Shown here: piece after piece, positions 12,300 through 25,880 of the stretch
Numbering within the stretch: position 1 is the first letter of the stretch
How the letters are laid out: each line of letters starts with the position of its first letter
NCBI GenBank assembly: GCA_951406725.2
Contig: OX597814.1
Coordinates: 119,164,001-119,228,000 of the forward strand
Direction: 5' to 3'
Source: Octopus vulgaris
Taxonomy: Eukaryota
Length of the DNA: 64,000 bases
Notes under the pieces: model-generated
Database searches by the model: none
Seen by the model: the letters and a program-made list of their open reading frames with translations, nothing else
What the model was told of the DNA's origin: nothing
Position numbers and translations under genes: made by a program

Positions 12300-13900
12300 C
12301 TATTCGCTAACCAAGTAGGAACATCATGTAATTCCTATATATTTTTAGTTTTTTATAGTCAGTATTTATTGTGTACTTTGAAAACAGTATTGCATGTCAA
12401 ATCCTTAATAAGTGTAGATTTTATAGCAAACAGCGTGACCGTTTGTAGAAGTACTGAGGAGTTTCTCGGTTCGCAATTGGTTCCAATTTTACATAGAAGT
12501 GAGATGATTTGAACATATGCAGTAAAGTTCATTGCATAGTTTTTTGCAAACCATTTCATATTTCTTGATTTCCCATACCGTTCTAGAATATTAGATGATA
12601 AAAGATAGTGAAAAGTAATTAGCATAACCAGATCCCCTTCCAGTGTATGATTTCTAGGATCTATAACGCAAAAAACGAACAAAAATATTAATATCTGCCA
12701 TGCCTTCTTAAAATACGAATAAAGATGTACTCTATGACATGTTGAAATCCAATAATATTTCCACATTTGAAGCTATTCCTCATAGGCTGAAAGTAAATTA
12801 TAAGGTATCCTCAGAAATAGATAGTAGTAGACTAAACAGAATCTGTTGGAAACATCAAATAACTTATATATTGGAAAAAGAAACACTAAAAGTGCATTAC
12901 AAATTAAGAAGGAGGCTCACAGTAAATATCTACGTGCAATAGATAACCAAGAGTAAACTTAATTGAAGAGTGAATAAACAATTCAATAGTGTTCAATGCC
13001 CTGCTTGTAGATATCCAACTAAATTAATTAGAGTCTTCAAAGGTCTTCATCTGTATAGAGAAGTTGCTGTCTTCAGTTAAATCGATTAGTATAAAAAGAT
13101 ATGTGAAATATCTGTAATAGATAAGATTTTGCAGAATAACTGTATCAGGCAGTGGTGGTTATTTGACATTGCCTAGTTAAGCTTTCAGATTTCTTTTTCT
13201 CAAAGCTTAATTGAAATTGTAAATCTGCCCACTAGCTTAGAATATACACGGTATATCTTAAATATAAGGAAAAAAAGCGTGCAGATATCTAATAAAGGTT
13301 CAAGTACAAATTACGTTAGTGAAAGAAAGAAATTATTCTGCTGCTTTGGAAATTAGACATATTCACAGATATATGTTTTGGCCACTGGCCCCAAATATAT
13401 AAAAAGGTTCTCTTATCAGCTGGAGTTGTTGATGTACTGTAATTAGGAATACTAGTAGTACCCTATATTGATGCTTTCGAAATTAATCCTATTTTAAATA
13501 TATTTGGGTCTCTCTGGCATTTCAGCTTTGATAGTTAATGCTTGCTATATTGAAACTTTAATAATTATCAATATTAAAGTTAATAATATATTGCATTCTG
13601 TTACAACAACTTCTGATTAGGAAATCAGTTTATTCCCTAATAAAACTTGAGAGCACCACCATATTATATTATAGTAATTATCCTTTTTTTCTGGGGCTTT
13701 CTTGATGTTTGAGATTTATTAGTATAATCCCGGTAAAGTTTTCACCATTGATCAACCATATGCATGGTTGTCTCCCACCTTATCTGGTACTTCTTTGGCC
13801 TAAACATTGATTAAATATTTTGCTGTTATTTTTTCTAAAAGAGCTAAACTTTCCGGAAGATGATCTAAATGATTGCCGTGAAAACATATATCAACGCTCA
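12300..13900 (-). pseudogene. Possible highly decayed LINE (L1/Tx1-like) RT remnant
   Basis: Only faint motif traces, e.g. DFEKAF-like near 13465-13490 and HTLEGDL near 12630; no intact frame. Confidence 0.25.
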
Positions 13901-16900
13901 TTTTTACTGCCAAACTGGAGTTTAAATTGTTAGAAATGGGATAGAATATTTGTGAATAGAGATATTAATAAAATATACATGAAAGAGTTTACATATAAAT
14001 ACAAGAAGTGGGATTAAAAGCAAATGAAGTGGGGTGTTTTACGAATGATAATAAAGGTACCAGTATATTTATAAAGAGGTAGAGAGAAAAAGCATTTGTT
14101 TAGACGGGGAAATTTCATGAATGAAGAGTAGCAAGTGTGAGTAGTAACATAAAAGAAAGAAAGGAGTAACTATTTTCTGTGTAAATAAAGTGAAGTCGTA
14201 AATATTTAAAATCTATATGTGTATTTAGAATACAATTATCCACACACTTGTTTAATGTATATTTGTCTATATTTATGATCTTTTAGCATTTCGTCAACCA
14301 TGAAATTTCGACAAAACCGTAACATCAGTATAATGTCAGATAGCTTCTGGCAGTATAAAGTTGCTTTGTTCCAGTCGATAAAATAAGGTACAAGTGAAAT
14401 ACAGGGATCACGTTCGCCGAGTTTTACCTCGCATGAATATTGATGTTCTTGTGTTTAAGTTAGAAATCATTATTAAAACGACAAACAACTATAAACAGAC
14501 TGAGTATAAACACCATTAATTTCAAACAATATACATGATAAACAGTAATATAATGCAATGATACATCAATGATATCGTTTAAAAGGTATATTTATACATC
14601 TTTGTATGTAATGGATGTAAGAATTGATTTAAAGTGTTATTTGTACTTAGCAAAGTATAGGAAAGGAAAACAATTTAAAAAGTAATTGTGTCTTCTTCAT
14701 AGAATCATAAAAATGGTTGCACTGTTTCTAAGATGACAGCTGACTACTAAACATCATTTTAGAAATAATATAGATTAGGAAAGATAGAAAAGTAGGACAA
14801 GTCTAATGATGGACAAAGAAAACGAATGTCCAAATTGTAGCACGGTTCCTTTCCGTACATATATCTCTGCTATAAATTAAGGTATTTTCTGCTTTTAAAC
14901 GTCTCAACAAGAAATCTATCAATGATATCTTGTGAAATATGATATTATATGTCATGCTGTGAAGCGTTTTGCAATTTTCTTCTCTCCATATCATGTATAT
15001 CAGTCTCCAACATGAGACATAATGATAGTAATATATTTTGGTAACTAATATTCCAGGCGTGTCAACACTTTTATCTCCTTTCAGAAATGATTGGCATTTA
15101 GATTTGAGATTTTATATATTACGTGTTAATATCTGAATTGTCTATTACTGTAATGTTCTCAGATGTATATTAATATTCTGTATTGATGAAGAAACGAAAA
15201 TGCTCAGACATAGAGCTTTCAAAATCATTTGTCGAATATGCTTTGAATAATCCATAAGACACTTTGTTTTGTGTCAGTAATTATGCCAAAGGATCTGCCC
15301 CTGTCGTAAATTGTTTCATTTATATAAACACAAAATATATATGATTCATTCACGTCTGTGTTTCATATTAACTTAAAAATAAATATTGACATCAATATTA
15401 ACTCTTTATTCTTGTTGTTTACATGCCATCTACAAGAAATAAATCTGATATTTACTGACAGTTATATAACGCTACAAGAGTAAATGTAGAAGAATTAAAT
15501 AGCTACAAACTAGTAAGGTTGGTATCTCTAATTAAAAACGTCATGCTATTCCGTGATAATTACTTAAAAGCTATGTACGTAATTAGAATTCTCACCAGAC
15601 GAAATAAATTATATTCTATTATTTTTTAAATTATTCATTTTTATCATCTAATATGTCTAAAACGCATTTTTTCTGGTTCAATTTACTGACAATAACTAAT
15701 ATTAAATACATTTTCTGCTTGATAATATTGATGTTAATCAATGCAAAGCAACGATGACATTGTTTTAATAATTGTAATAATTCCTGTTATATATGAATAA
15801 TAATTTCAAAGCTTCGGCAGGATATTACACACACAGACACACACAAAGATTTATATACTATTAACGTTTACAAGCGCAACCGCACTACAACCATGCATAA
15901 ATTTATCCAACATACATAAATGTCAACGTCAGTCGTTTATATTTCAAATTGAAGTCGACACTCGTCAAAGAAAGTCTTCTTTCTCCTCCTATCTGTAGTC
16001 TACAATGTCAAATAAATATATTTCATGACTGAAATAACCTATCAGATTAAATACACACCTGTTCGACTTTTTATTCCCCTCTGTTCATTTCTATGTTACA
16101 TTATCTGAAGTATTCTAAGGAAAATCTATTTCAATGTTAAGCACAAATTATTTGTATCACACGCCATCAATCGGTAGAAAAGATATGTTCCTAGAAATAG
16201 GAAAAACTTGTAGCACAGACACTTGTCAAAGTTAATTAAGGTAAACTATATCATTATTGCTAAGAGCTTGTTTGCATGAAGAACTTCTCTGGCATTCATT
16301 TATAATGTATCTTTTGAAGTCACTCATCACGTAATTACTATTGGTATATATATGCAGCTTAGTCAATCTCATGAAGATGATGATGGTGGTGATGATGATC
16401 ACCAACTTGAATACCTGCCCATTCATTTTGTGAATAAGAGGCTGCGTATTCCATAGGCCACCGTAATTTTCAAACAGAATCGGTTTGACATCTTTAAAGG
16501 ATGACTAGACAACCTAGTGCTTAAACACGAAAATGACACCATCGGTCGCTTTGACACCATTTTCCATTAACCCGGTTTTGTTCACAAGGCTTTTCTTTAT
16601 GAACTCGCATTTGGTATAAAAGACATTTGCCCAAGAGACTAGTCACTGTGTGTATGTGTGTGAGAGAGAGAGAGAGATATACGGCGACATTTGATAAAAG
16701 CAAATCAAATCGGTGTGTCACAATTACCTTATTTGATGACTTGAAATAATAGAGGATCTAATGAAATAAATAAGAGCGTGCATAATCATATACGATAAGT
16801 CTTATATGTAAGATATATAGAACAATTAGATTCATACAGAGCAACAATATCTCTTTCTCCCTACACACACACATAATGAGTTAAAATATATAAATGCACA

Positions 16901-17149
16901 AACAAACGGGAAACAGACACAGATAGTTTCCAACTCCTCATCAGTTATCAGCCAGTTGGCCATTGAAATTGTTGCATAAATGCATTCTTTTCTCTAAATA
17001 TTTAATACTCTTTCATTCAAAGTTTTAATATACTGTTGTATCCCTTATTTCATAATCTCTGTAAATGCTAACAACTAATTTCTGAACACACACACACACA
17101 CACACATATATACATCCGCAGTTCTTTCCGCAGTTCCGGTTCCAGACGA

Positions 17150-17320
17150 GCACTTGATTGGAACCCGCTGGGGGAAAGGAAGTGAGGACGCCCGAAGTAG
17201 ACTTGGAAGCGGAGCATTTTGGACGAGCTCAGGACCACCGGCCAGACATAGGAAGCAGCCAAGAAAGACGCCAATGATCGGAAAAAGTGGAAAACAACTG
17301 TTGAGGATTAAGGATTAAGA

Positions 17321-17322
<2 letters not shown>
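17150..17322 (+). mobile_element. RTE-clade LINE 3' end fragment
   Basis: Translates RRALDWNPLGERK*GRPK*TWKRSILDELRTTGQT*EAAKKDANDRKKWKTTVED, the typical RTE C-terminus (WxPxGKRxRGRPxxTW), followed by a short repeat tail. Confidence 0.85.
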
Positions 17323-17362
<40 letters not shown>

Positions 17363-17464
17363 ATAAAAACGGTAAGATATCAAAACAAAGAAAGAAACCT
17401 CGATATTATGTAAATAGAGGAATTTATCTGTAAATGTAATATGTGACAATTATTCGATAGCCAT

Positions 17465-17525
17465 GACTAAACTCCGAGTTTCTGATGCCGAGGTGGCAAT
17501 CTACGCTGCCGCCTCTTCAGTTATC
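17465..17525 (-). ncRNA. Minimal type I hammerhead motif (degenerate copy)
   Basis: RC reads GATAA-CTGAAGA-...-GAAAC-TCGGA-GTT-TAGTC; stem I partly mutated. Confidence 0.55.
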
Positions 17526-17792
17526 CGGCCATCGGAAAAATGCTATGAAAAATGACCGTTATACAAAGGGAAATTGCTGTGTGATTGACCGTTATTAAGA
17601 CAAAAGAGCTATTCGAAAGACCGCTAAGTAAGGGGGTAAAGAGTTCATAGTATTCGCGTAAGCGCACCTGTTCATACCTACACATGTGCGCCCACCTAAA
17701 ACTATACATTTATCCACCCTCACTTGAAAACTTGAAAACGTACACATCCTCACTCGCATCCTTCGCCAAATGTATATGCATATTCATGGCCG

Positions 17793-17853
17793 GATAACTG
17801 AAGAGATAGCGGCGTGGATTTCCACCTCGGCATCCGAAACTCGGAGTTTTATC
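17793..17853 (+). ncRNA. Minimal type I hammerhead motif
   Basis: Stem I GATAA/TTATC, core CTGAAGA, imperfect stem II with inner GTGGA/TCCAC hairpin, GAAAC, near-palindromic stem III ACTCGGAGT, GUU site. Confidence 0.7.
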
Positions 17854-17891
17854 ATGACTACCGAATAATTGTCACATATTACATTTACAGA

Positions 17892-17922
<31 letters not shown>

Positions 17923-19030
17923 GGAGAAAATAATTCGAAAGCTGAAATTCGCTTATATAACGCTTCAATGTAGCAATGCATATAACTAAAACTAATTAAA
18001 GCATCAGCGTATCATGCACTATCATGCATTATTGCACTGTCGATAATCAGCACAGGGTAAGTACTGAATGTTCTAAATCCACAGTGACCAAATTATAATT
18101 GAACTATTTTGCTAAATGTGAAAACTTAAATAACCTATGCGCGTATGATATTATATTCCTAAAATCCAAATGCTTTAGCCAAGAGAGATATAAATCGTGA
18201 TATCAATATTTGTGTTTTTCACTCGTTGGGAAACCTATGAAAAATTTTAAAGAAACAAATAACCGAATGACAAGATTATTTCAGTAGCTAATACGCATTA
18301 TTCATAGTTTGCATGATAACAATTTGAAAACAAGGCTGTTTATATTACTTCAAATCCATATATAACTCATGTGTATAATAAAGATAATGTTTTTTTCGAA
18401 AATGCCGGGAAATAGCTGACATACAGCATGATAAAATACAGATATAGGAGATAATAAGTATAAATCTTTAAAAATATGTTTCTGATAAAACATATATGAC
18501 ATATTTTTATTACAAGAACGTACATATTTGGCGTAAATTTACTTTGCTATTTACATTCATCGATACATGTTCATGATATTCGGTTGTTTGTCATTTTTCT
18601 GTCTATTTGACGTTTATTGATAATTCTTGCATTATATTACCGTCGCAGTACTCCCATGGGTAACTTTTTATCTCTAGTAAAATACAGTATGTGGAATATT
18701 CTTAAATATAGCCAATAATAATTTGGTAAATATATGCAGTTAAGTTTTATAATTCAGTCAAAATGACTCATCCCTTTTCAATGTACCTTTTAAAGACAAG
18801 AATTTTAGATTACAAAATGCTCTCTTGGTTTTATTTTTATTGTATCATTGAAATAATATAAAAACGCCGGATATTTCTTTATAATTTCAACCACTTCACT
18901 CTGTCAAATATATTCCTGTTTTGCCCTATTAATGCGTTTATAAGGCTTTAGGTAGTCTCATGTGTTTCGTTCCTATATCATGAAACTTTTTTTGTATTTT
19001 GTGTTTTCACAATCATTACTAAATGCTAAG

Positions 19031-19097
<67 letters not shown>

Positions 19098-19103
<6 letters not shown>

Positions 19104-20313
19104 CATCCCATAAATAATGCTGTGCTTTCAATTGAATGAACTAAAAGTCGGAGGGAAACGGAATAAATTACCTGCATCAACTTGCTATAATAGCAGGTAG
19201 TAAATTTTCCATGTAATTATTCTTATTGAATGTTTTGAAGAGTGCAGTTCGATTTCAACAGTTATTTTTTCAAAGCTACATTGGAAGTAACAAGATGCAT
19301 ATTCGGCATATTTTGCTTTATGAGTTCAATAAAGGCAACAACGCAGCGGAAAGTACGAGGAATATTACAGCAATACTGGGATCGGCCAATAAGCATAAGC
19401 AAGTGTCCAGTAGCTCCAGGAATTCTGAACCGGAAACTACAGCCTAGAAAATGAGCCTCGTTCTGGAAGATCTGTAGTGCTCTACGAGGATGCCCTACAA
19501 ACCCTGGTGGAACAAAATCCTATCTTGTTGAGGAACTAGCGGAGAACCTTGGATATAGTCATTCAACCATTCATCGACACTTACGTGCCATCGGAAAAGT
19601 CAGCAAATTGGATCAATGGGTTCCTCACAAAATTTCCGGGTCTAATCGCACGCAGAGACTGAATGTGTGCTCTTCTTTGCTGCCACGTCTCACGAATGAA
19701 CCTATTTTGGACCGAATAGGGAGTGATGACGAGACATGTGTTGTCTATAAAATTGTCTTGCACCGAAGACAGTGGGTAGAGAATGGAGAAGCACTGGCAC
19801 CCCAGGCTAAAGAAGGTCTTCACCCACGTAAGTTGTTGTTATCTGTTTAGTGGGATATGAAAGGTTTAGTCCCCTTGAGCGACTTAAGTCAGTGCTAGAA
19901 GAAAAACGACGAGCTTTTGTTTCAAGACGAAAACTGTTCTTCCATCAGGATAATGCTCGACCACATATAGCGAGGACGACATTCCAAAAAGTTTGAATGG
20001 AAAACCATATTCGCCGAACATTGCGAACATTGCCGCAGCTGTTTATCATTTATTTCGCAATCTTCAAAATCATTTGGACGAAAAAAATACGAATTCTGTA
20101 GAGGAGGTCTGAACAGTACTGCAAGAGCATTTTTTGTCACGGAAAAGTGAATTTTGGAAGAGACGCCTTGCAACTCTACCAGATAGATAGAAGAACATTG
20201 TAGAAAATGAAAGATAGTATATCTTGGATTAAAAAGGAAATTTGTTTATCGCAATTTTGAAACATAAAAGAAGTATGAAAAACAAAAACGAATTATTTAT
20301 GGGACGACCTAAT
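19098..20313 (+). mobile_element. Mariner (Tc1/mariner) DNA transposon, decayed and internally deleted
   Basis: TIRs GGTCATCCCATAAATAAT (19101) / ATTATTTATGGGACGACC (to 20309), in (TA)n. Transposase fragments: MHIRHILLYEFNKGNNAAESTRNI, WVPH, DET, HPRKLLLSV*WD, FHQDNARPH, LQNHLD; stops and frameshifts. Confidence 0.93.
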
Positions 20314-21244
20314 TTTTTTATATATATATATGTATGTGTGTGTGTGTGTGTGTGTGCGTGTGTATATATATATATATATATATCGAAGGGAAGGAAGAGA
20401 GAGGGAAATTTATCCTTTATGTTCCTTAGAAGCCTAGATTCAGTAGACTTTTGTGACAGTTCGTAATATATTTCCATTCATACACTGGTATCATTTCACA
20501 GGGAACTATATTGCTAATTAAGAGGTCGCAAAGCAAATTATATCAAAATCGATGCCAGGGTAATGATTTTATTTTTGTCATTGACCTCGAATACATATAA
20601 ATTAAAGTGAATCCCATCTTAATTTCGTCTCAGAATATAAAGTGATATAACTATACTGTAGCCTATTTGCTCTAGTTTACTTACTGTTTATTCCACTACT
20701 ATATCTCATCTATTATTAATAATCCACACATTACATGTCTTAATCTATTCTCTGTTCCTCAAATTTAATATACGTTTCCTATTATTGATTATATGTATTG
20801 TCTTCTAGGTATTGTATTATGTCTTTATTAGATCCTTGTATCAAAATCTCGGAATAATTACCTATGAAATTATATCAGACAATAGAATGAAATCCGAGAT
20901 ATATTGATTTTCGTCCCTTATGTATCTACACATTCCATATACACGTAAGTAAAAATACAGGGAAATATGATAATATTAATTCCTCACAGTAGCAAAATAC
21001 CCCGAATATTCATAACATGTCCGTTGATTTCAACGCTCATCTACGTTAATTTTATTTACTCACAATTTCAAACGTTTGATATTAGTTATTTCCGTTATTA
21101 CTTGCTTTCAGAATTTAATCCTCTTGATACCGTGCTTTTATATACTAATTGCATGGATAATCGTAGATATTCAAGTCATTATGTTACGTAGGTCAACTTC
21201 TATTGTAGAATGGTGAAACTGAAGTATTTGAAGAAAAATTAGTG

Positions 21245-21325
21245 AAGAATGCTGGAGTAAGGAATGATTAAAGGTATAACAAAATGCACTCCGTTGAAGT
21301 GGAGTGCATTTTGTAGCATTCTTTG
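21245..21325. repeat. Short palindrome related to PLE 3' UTR sequence
   Basis: AAAATGCACTCC/GGAGTGCATTTT 12-bp perfect stem (21281-21312); TGCACTCCACTTCAA recurs at ~32879 downstream of the PLE EN. Confidence 0.5.
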
Positions 21326-23235
21326 GAACCAGGTCATCCAATGATCTGAATATAACTTATGTATCCCTCCCTTTTTCTCTTCTCTATTATTCGAGAGGTT
21401 GACTAAGCCACAAAAGAATGTTTCTCTTCTCTGTATTTCTGATATTGTTGATTAACTAGAAGTCATCTCTGAAAAATCAGATATATGAATTTGTCTGCAA
21501 TTCTAGGATGTCTGCGAATCGCAATATTTTATTGACTCACAGATATATGGGAGATAATATTGATTCTGACGGTATTTCCCCACCGAAGGTAAACAGATTG
21601 TATATTATTTGCTACATTTCATCGACGTCTGCTAATCTATCACTCTTAACGTGTATGTGAGTTTGTGTACATATATGTTTTCCGGTATTATAAGATTTGC
21701 TCCAGTTATCAATGATCTCAGAAGTATTTACCAGCCTTCATTGATTAAGCTTCCTTGTGAGGTCTCTTTCTGCTCCTACCTATTCTGCTAATAGCTATAA
21801 GGATAAAGATTTTTCTTCTGCTGACTAACATATGGTACAAATGCAAGACAGTTTAGTTACTATACCTATCCTGCAGGCGTTCGGCTTTGAAGCTTAACAT
21901 TCGTAAACCTATTTCAAAGAGAATATTAACTGTTATAAACTAACAGTTGTTCTTGACAGACTGAATTAATCAGATTTATATGTATGATTTCTTATGTAAA
22001 CACAAAATCTTTCAACTGAAACTTCACAACTGGTGACTTCAATTCATTTACATAATGCGAAATTACATATTTAATTAGAGCTATACATTTTGTTCTTCGT
22101 CACATTTTAATATATTGCCATTTGGTAGCATTTGTTCCTACCCTTTGAAACTTTACCTTCATGCTATTTTACCTGAAGTATCTTTTATCTACAGATTGAT
22201 ATATTGGCACCAGTTATCTCTAGAAATATTTTGTATGCCTAATATTAAGTTTACATTCGCATTCTTTCTAATTACTTTAACCGTAGAGAAAACTATTGCT
22301 TACAATTATACATAAAATGTATAGTTTTAATGAACCAATTAAAAGAAGAATATATTAATATTCTACATTATATTATCAGAATGTTTCCAAGAGTTCTGTA
22401 GCATATAAATAGTACAAAACTATAAGGTTGGAAGAGCAATTTTGGAAGTCCTCAATGTGAAACCAACACGAAAATATACCTATTTTAACTGTGTAATAGA
22501 TCGTATTAACAAATCCTTCGTATAAACTAATGAATTGTTACTGTCGCATATACAATATATGAAAACAACTGAAGAATATTCTTTAAACCTTTACCATTCA
22601 GATTATTCTGTCAAATATACAGCTTATTCTAGGTTTTCATGATGTGACTGTTAGAAAGACATTGTAGGATAAGTATGAGAGACTGGATCCTGTTGTAATG
22701 AACATAAGACAGTTTGAATGATAAAGGTTTAAAATTCCTACTAGGTATTTAGTAAGTCTCTTTTAAAATAATACTCGTATTCAGATCAACAACACAGCAC
22801 GCTCTTACGATTCTTTTCTGATTTATAATATTCTCAGCGGCTTATTATCATCTCAAGGTTAATTCTTGATAATACAACAATGTTTTTTTTAAATTTCATT
22901 TCATAGAAAAGCTAGCACGTTCCCTTTCTCTGTCTGTTTCTGTCACTCCCTTCCTCTCTATGTATGTACACACACAAATAGCATTTACATTTCTCTATCA
23001 CCAGAACTATACATATTTAAAGCCCATTCTTTATAGAATTCACCTTGTCAGATATTAAAATGATTACTTCAAAGACAGGGAAAAGGTATTTTCAATATTT
23101 GAATAAATGAATAAAAATATAACATTTTGTAATTTATAATATCCTTGGTGATATTATAGGAAATATGCCTTATTCATTCTTGCAGAACATTAAAATATTT
23201 TTAGAAATGTTCAATATAGTGAACAGAACTTTTCC

Positions 23236-23280
<45 letters not shown>

Positions 23281-25569
23281 CCTCCTTTTCTTCTTTCCTT
23301 CCTTCTTTCTTTTTAGCAATATTCAAATGGTTTACTACAATTGTGGTAAAAATAATTAGAAATTGAGAACAGAACCAGAGTAAATATGTTTGCTCGCTTT
23401 AGTCATTTATGATATCCAATGCGTTGTAGATTTAGTATTGTTTTAATTACAGGAATTATTTCGAATTTCTTCCATTTCTAACATAATGGTAAGTTATTCT
23501 TTCTGAAGAGCATCACACATCAATAATCTAAATCGTTTCTATTTCAGGATTTACTTTGATCCCAAAGCCAATAAAATTTAATAAGGGCCTCTAATTACTA
23601 CTTTTTTTCTTAAAAAAAAAATCAAGTGGACTTTCAAGATATTGATTACCTAATGATAATTAGAAGCATTGATTCCAAACAACAATGCATATATAAACAA
23701 TAGATTCAGAACAGAATTACAATCAGAGTAGACTGTGAATCACGTGTCTGCATAAAATATAGAATAATGATTTCCAGGGATAATGAAAATAAAATAAAAT
23801 CTGAAGCCAATGCAACTAATTACGTTATGAATGTACTTAAAAAATATAAGGTCACAAAAAATATTTCTCATTGAAAATTCAATTAGAAATTGTGGAATAT
23901 GTTTAATCTATCTACAATAGTTAGATATTTAACTTGAAGATAAGTTCTATACATTTGGAGTATTATTATTTAGTGTTATCATTGAGTGAAGAGCAGTACC
24001 CGCATGGTATTTTTGAGGATCACTTCAGTTTTGGTAAAGTGATTATGTGGGAAAGATTTTTGGAGGGTTATTCTTCTGGTCAAGAAATATTGAGAAAGTA
24101 TAGGTTTGGAAGTTTAATGATGAAAAATGAAAAAAAGTTGCTCTTGGGGTGGGCTTCATTGAATATGATACACAACCTATAAGTTTGAAATAAACATTGC
24201 AATAGGGGCAGAGACATGTCGATGAATCCGTGATCTCAGGTGGAAAGTTTATTGAACGACGAAGGTTTTTTTACTCAGCCGAATTCTATAGACAACTTCA
24301 TCTAGCATCTATAAATCTTAATACGTTTTCTTGTGAGCGAAAAACAATCAAAATTTAAGTATCTTCTGATTAGAGGAAGTGAAACCTGTATGAGTTATAA
24401 TGAAAAAAAACGGAAATGTGGATATGTTGTCCACAGCGTTGGCAAATATTATTTAGCAGTGACATAAATTAGTTTCTCGTTTAGCAGTAGAATAAATTGG
24501 TTTGACTTAAGAAGCAGAAATCATCATATTTTTTGGTCATGACTGTTGCCTACATCACTTTGAACTAAAAGTATTGTCCCAAACACTAGATTTTTCATCT
24601 TCCTCGCAGTAAACCAATTTATTATACACGCGTGAATCAATTTTCAAACTGTTGTTCTTTTCTTTTATCAATCTGCCTTGAGAGATTGTAAGGCCTTCGG
24701 TTTACAACGAATTTTCTGTTTTTAAATGAAAATAAGTTTAGTAATTCACATCCAACTCTAACCATCAAAACAATACAGAATAATGATGTCTCACATTGGA
24801 ACGAAGCCATATGTTTGTAGAAAATTGAGCTTGCAAATTGTTAACACTCATGTCACAGAAATAATATAGAGACTAACGTTGTACTAATTCTACTACTTCA
24901 ACTTCAAGTGAAATGTAATGCAATTAATTTAAATGAATTTGCATAAGGATTTATTGCATTGCGTAAGATGTCACAAACTTGTTTCAGAGTTGTACCGTCG
25001 ATTAAATTGCGAAACCCAGAACATGTCAAGTGTTTCATTTATCGACTACAGGAACATGAATAGGAAAACTGACTACATAGAACTTCATATTGAACAGATA
25101 GTCGTAACTACATACGCACTCAATGCATTGAAAACGGAGCACTACCGATTCGGCAACTACACTATAATATAACAATTAAGTGAATTTATATAATTGCTTG
25201 TTATAAAGTTTGCCTGTGGGATATTTCTATAACTTCATAAAGCATCAAAACTCCAAAGACTTTTGCATACGAACATTATATGAACATTTTACCCATGAAA
25301 ATGTTTTGCATATTTTTAGACTAATTAATATTTGATTCTTCCTGAATAATAACAGTTACTCTCAGTGGAGTTATGACAGTGAATTACGTGATAATATATT
25401 ATATCAAATGCATTTTCCTAAATATAATTTCCTTTTTATAGTCGAAGCTAATTGGAAAGAGAGAAAAATGTATATTATCGGTATTAGTGTTACCGAGATG
25501 TAATGAATAAATGTAAGAGTTGCCTCTTTCGGGACTTGAAATCAGAAACTAAAAGTTTATTGCTTCTTT

Positions 25570-25880
25570 TTATGACTTGTCTGGAGGGGCGGTTGCAATC
25601 ATGACCTTCAGTAATTTTGCGGTGTTGATGAGATCGCTGAAGTTGTGTTCATTTTGAAATCTGTAAATATAGGTGGCGAGAGAACTCTGGAGGGGTGACA
25701 TTCTGCAGAAAAGCTTTGGTTGTACGAGTAACATGGGAAGAGAGACGAGTGTGTTGTGTGCAGATGAGAAGTGTATAATTAGCCCTGATGAGTTTGCACT
25801 TGCGTTTTGTTTAATAGCAATGAGAGTTGGTTGATTTCTCAGGACGCGCTTACTAAATTTGATTTCGCTGACATTCAAGA
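25570..25880 (-). pseudogene. Possible PLE GIY-YIG C-terminal remnant
   Basis: QSSLATYIYRFQNEH resembles the STxLSxxIWxLK block seen in the 32.6 kb and 50.4 kb EN remnants. Confidence 0.35.

Larger units (their letters stand above)
17361..17893. mobile_element. PLE-type remnant with inverted terminal copies, flanked by (TA)n
   Basis: 17425-17532 is the reverse complement of 17786-17893; each arm carries a hammerhead motif. Confidence 0.75.

Noticed and set aside
24180-24780. Possible Tc1-like transposase trace on the minus strand
   Set aside because: Only a DEK-like triplet; no TIRs or continuous frame.
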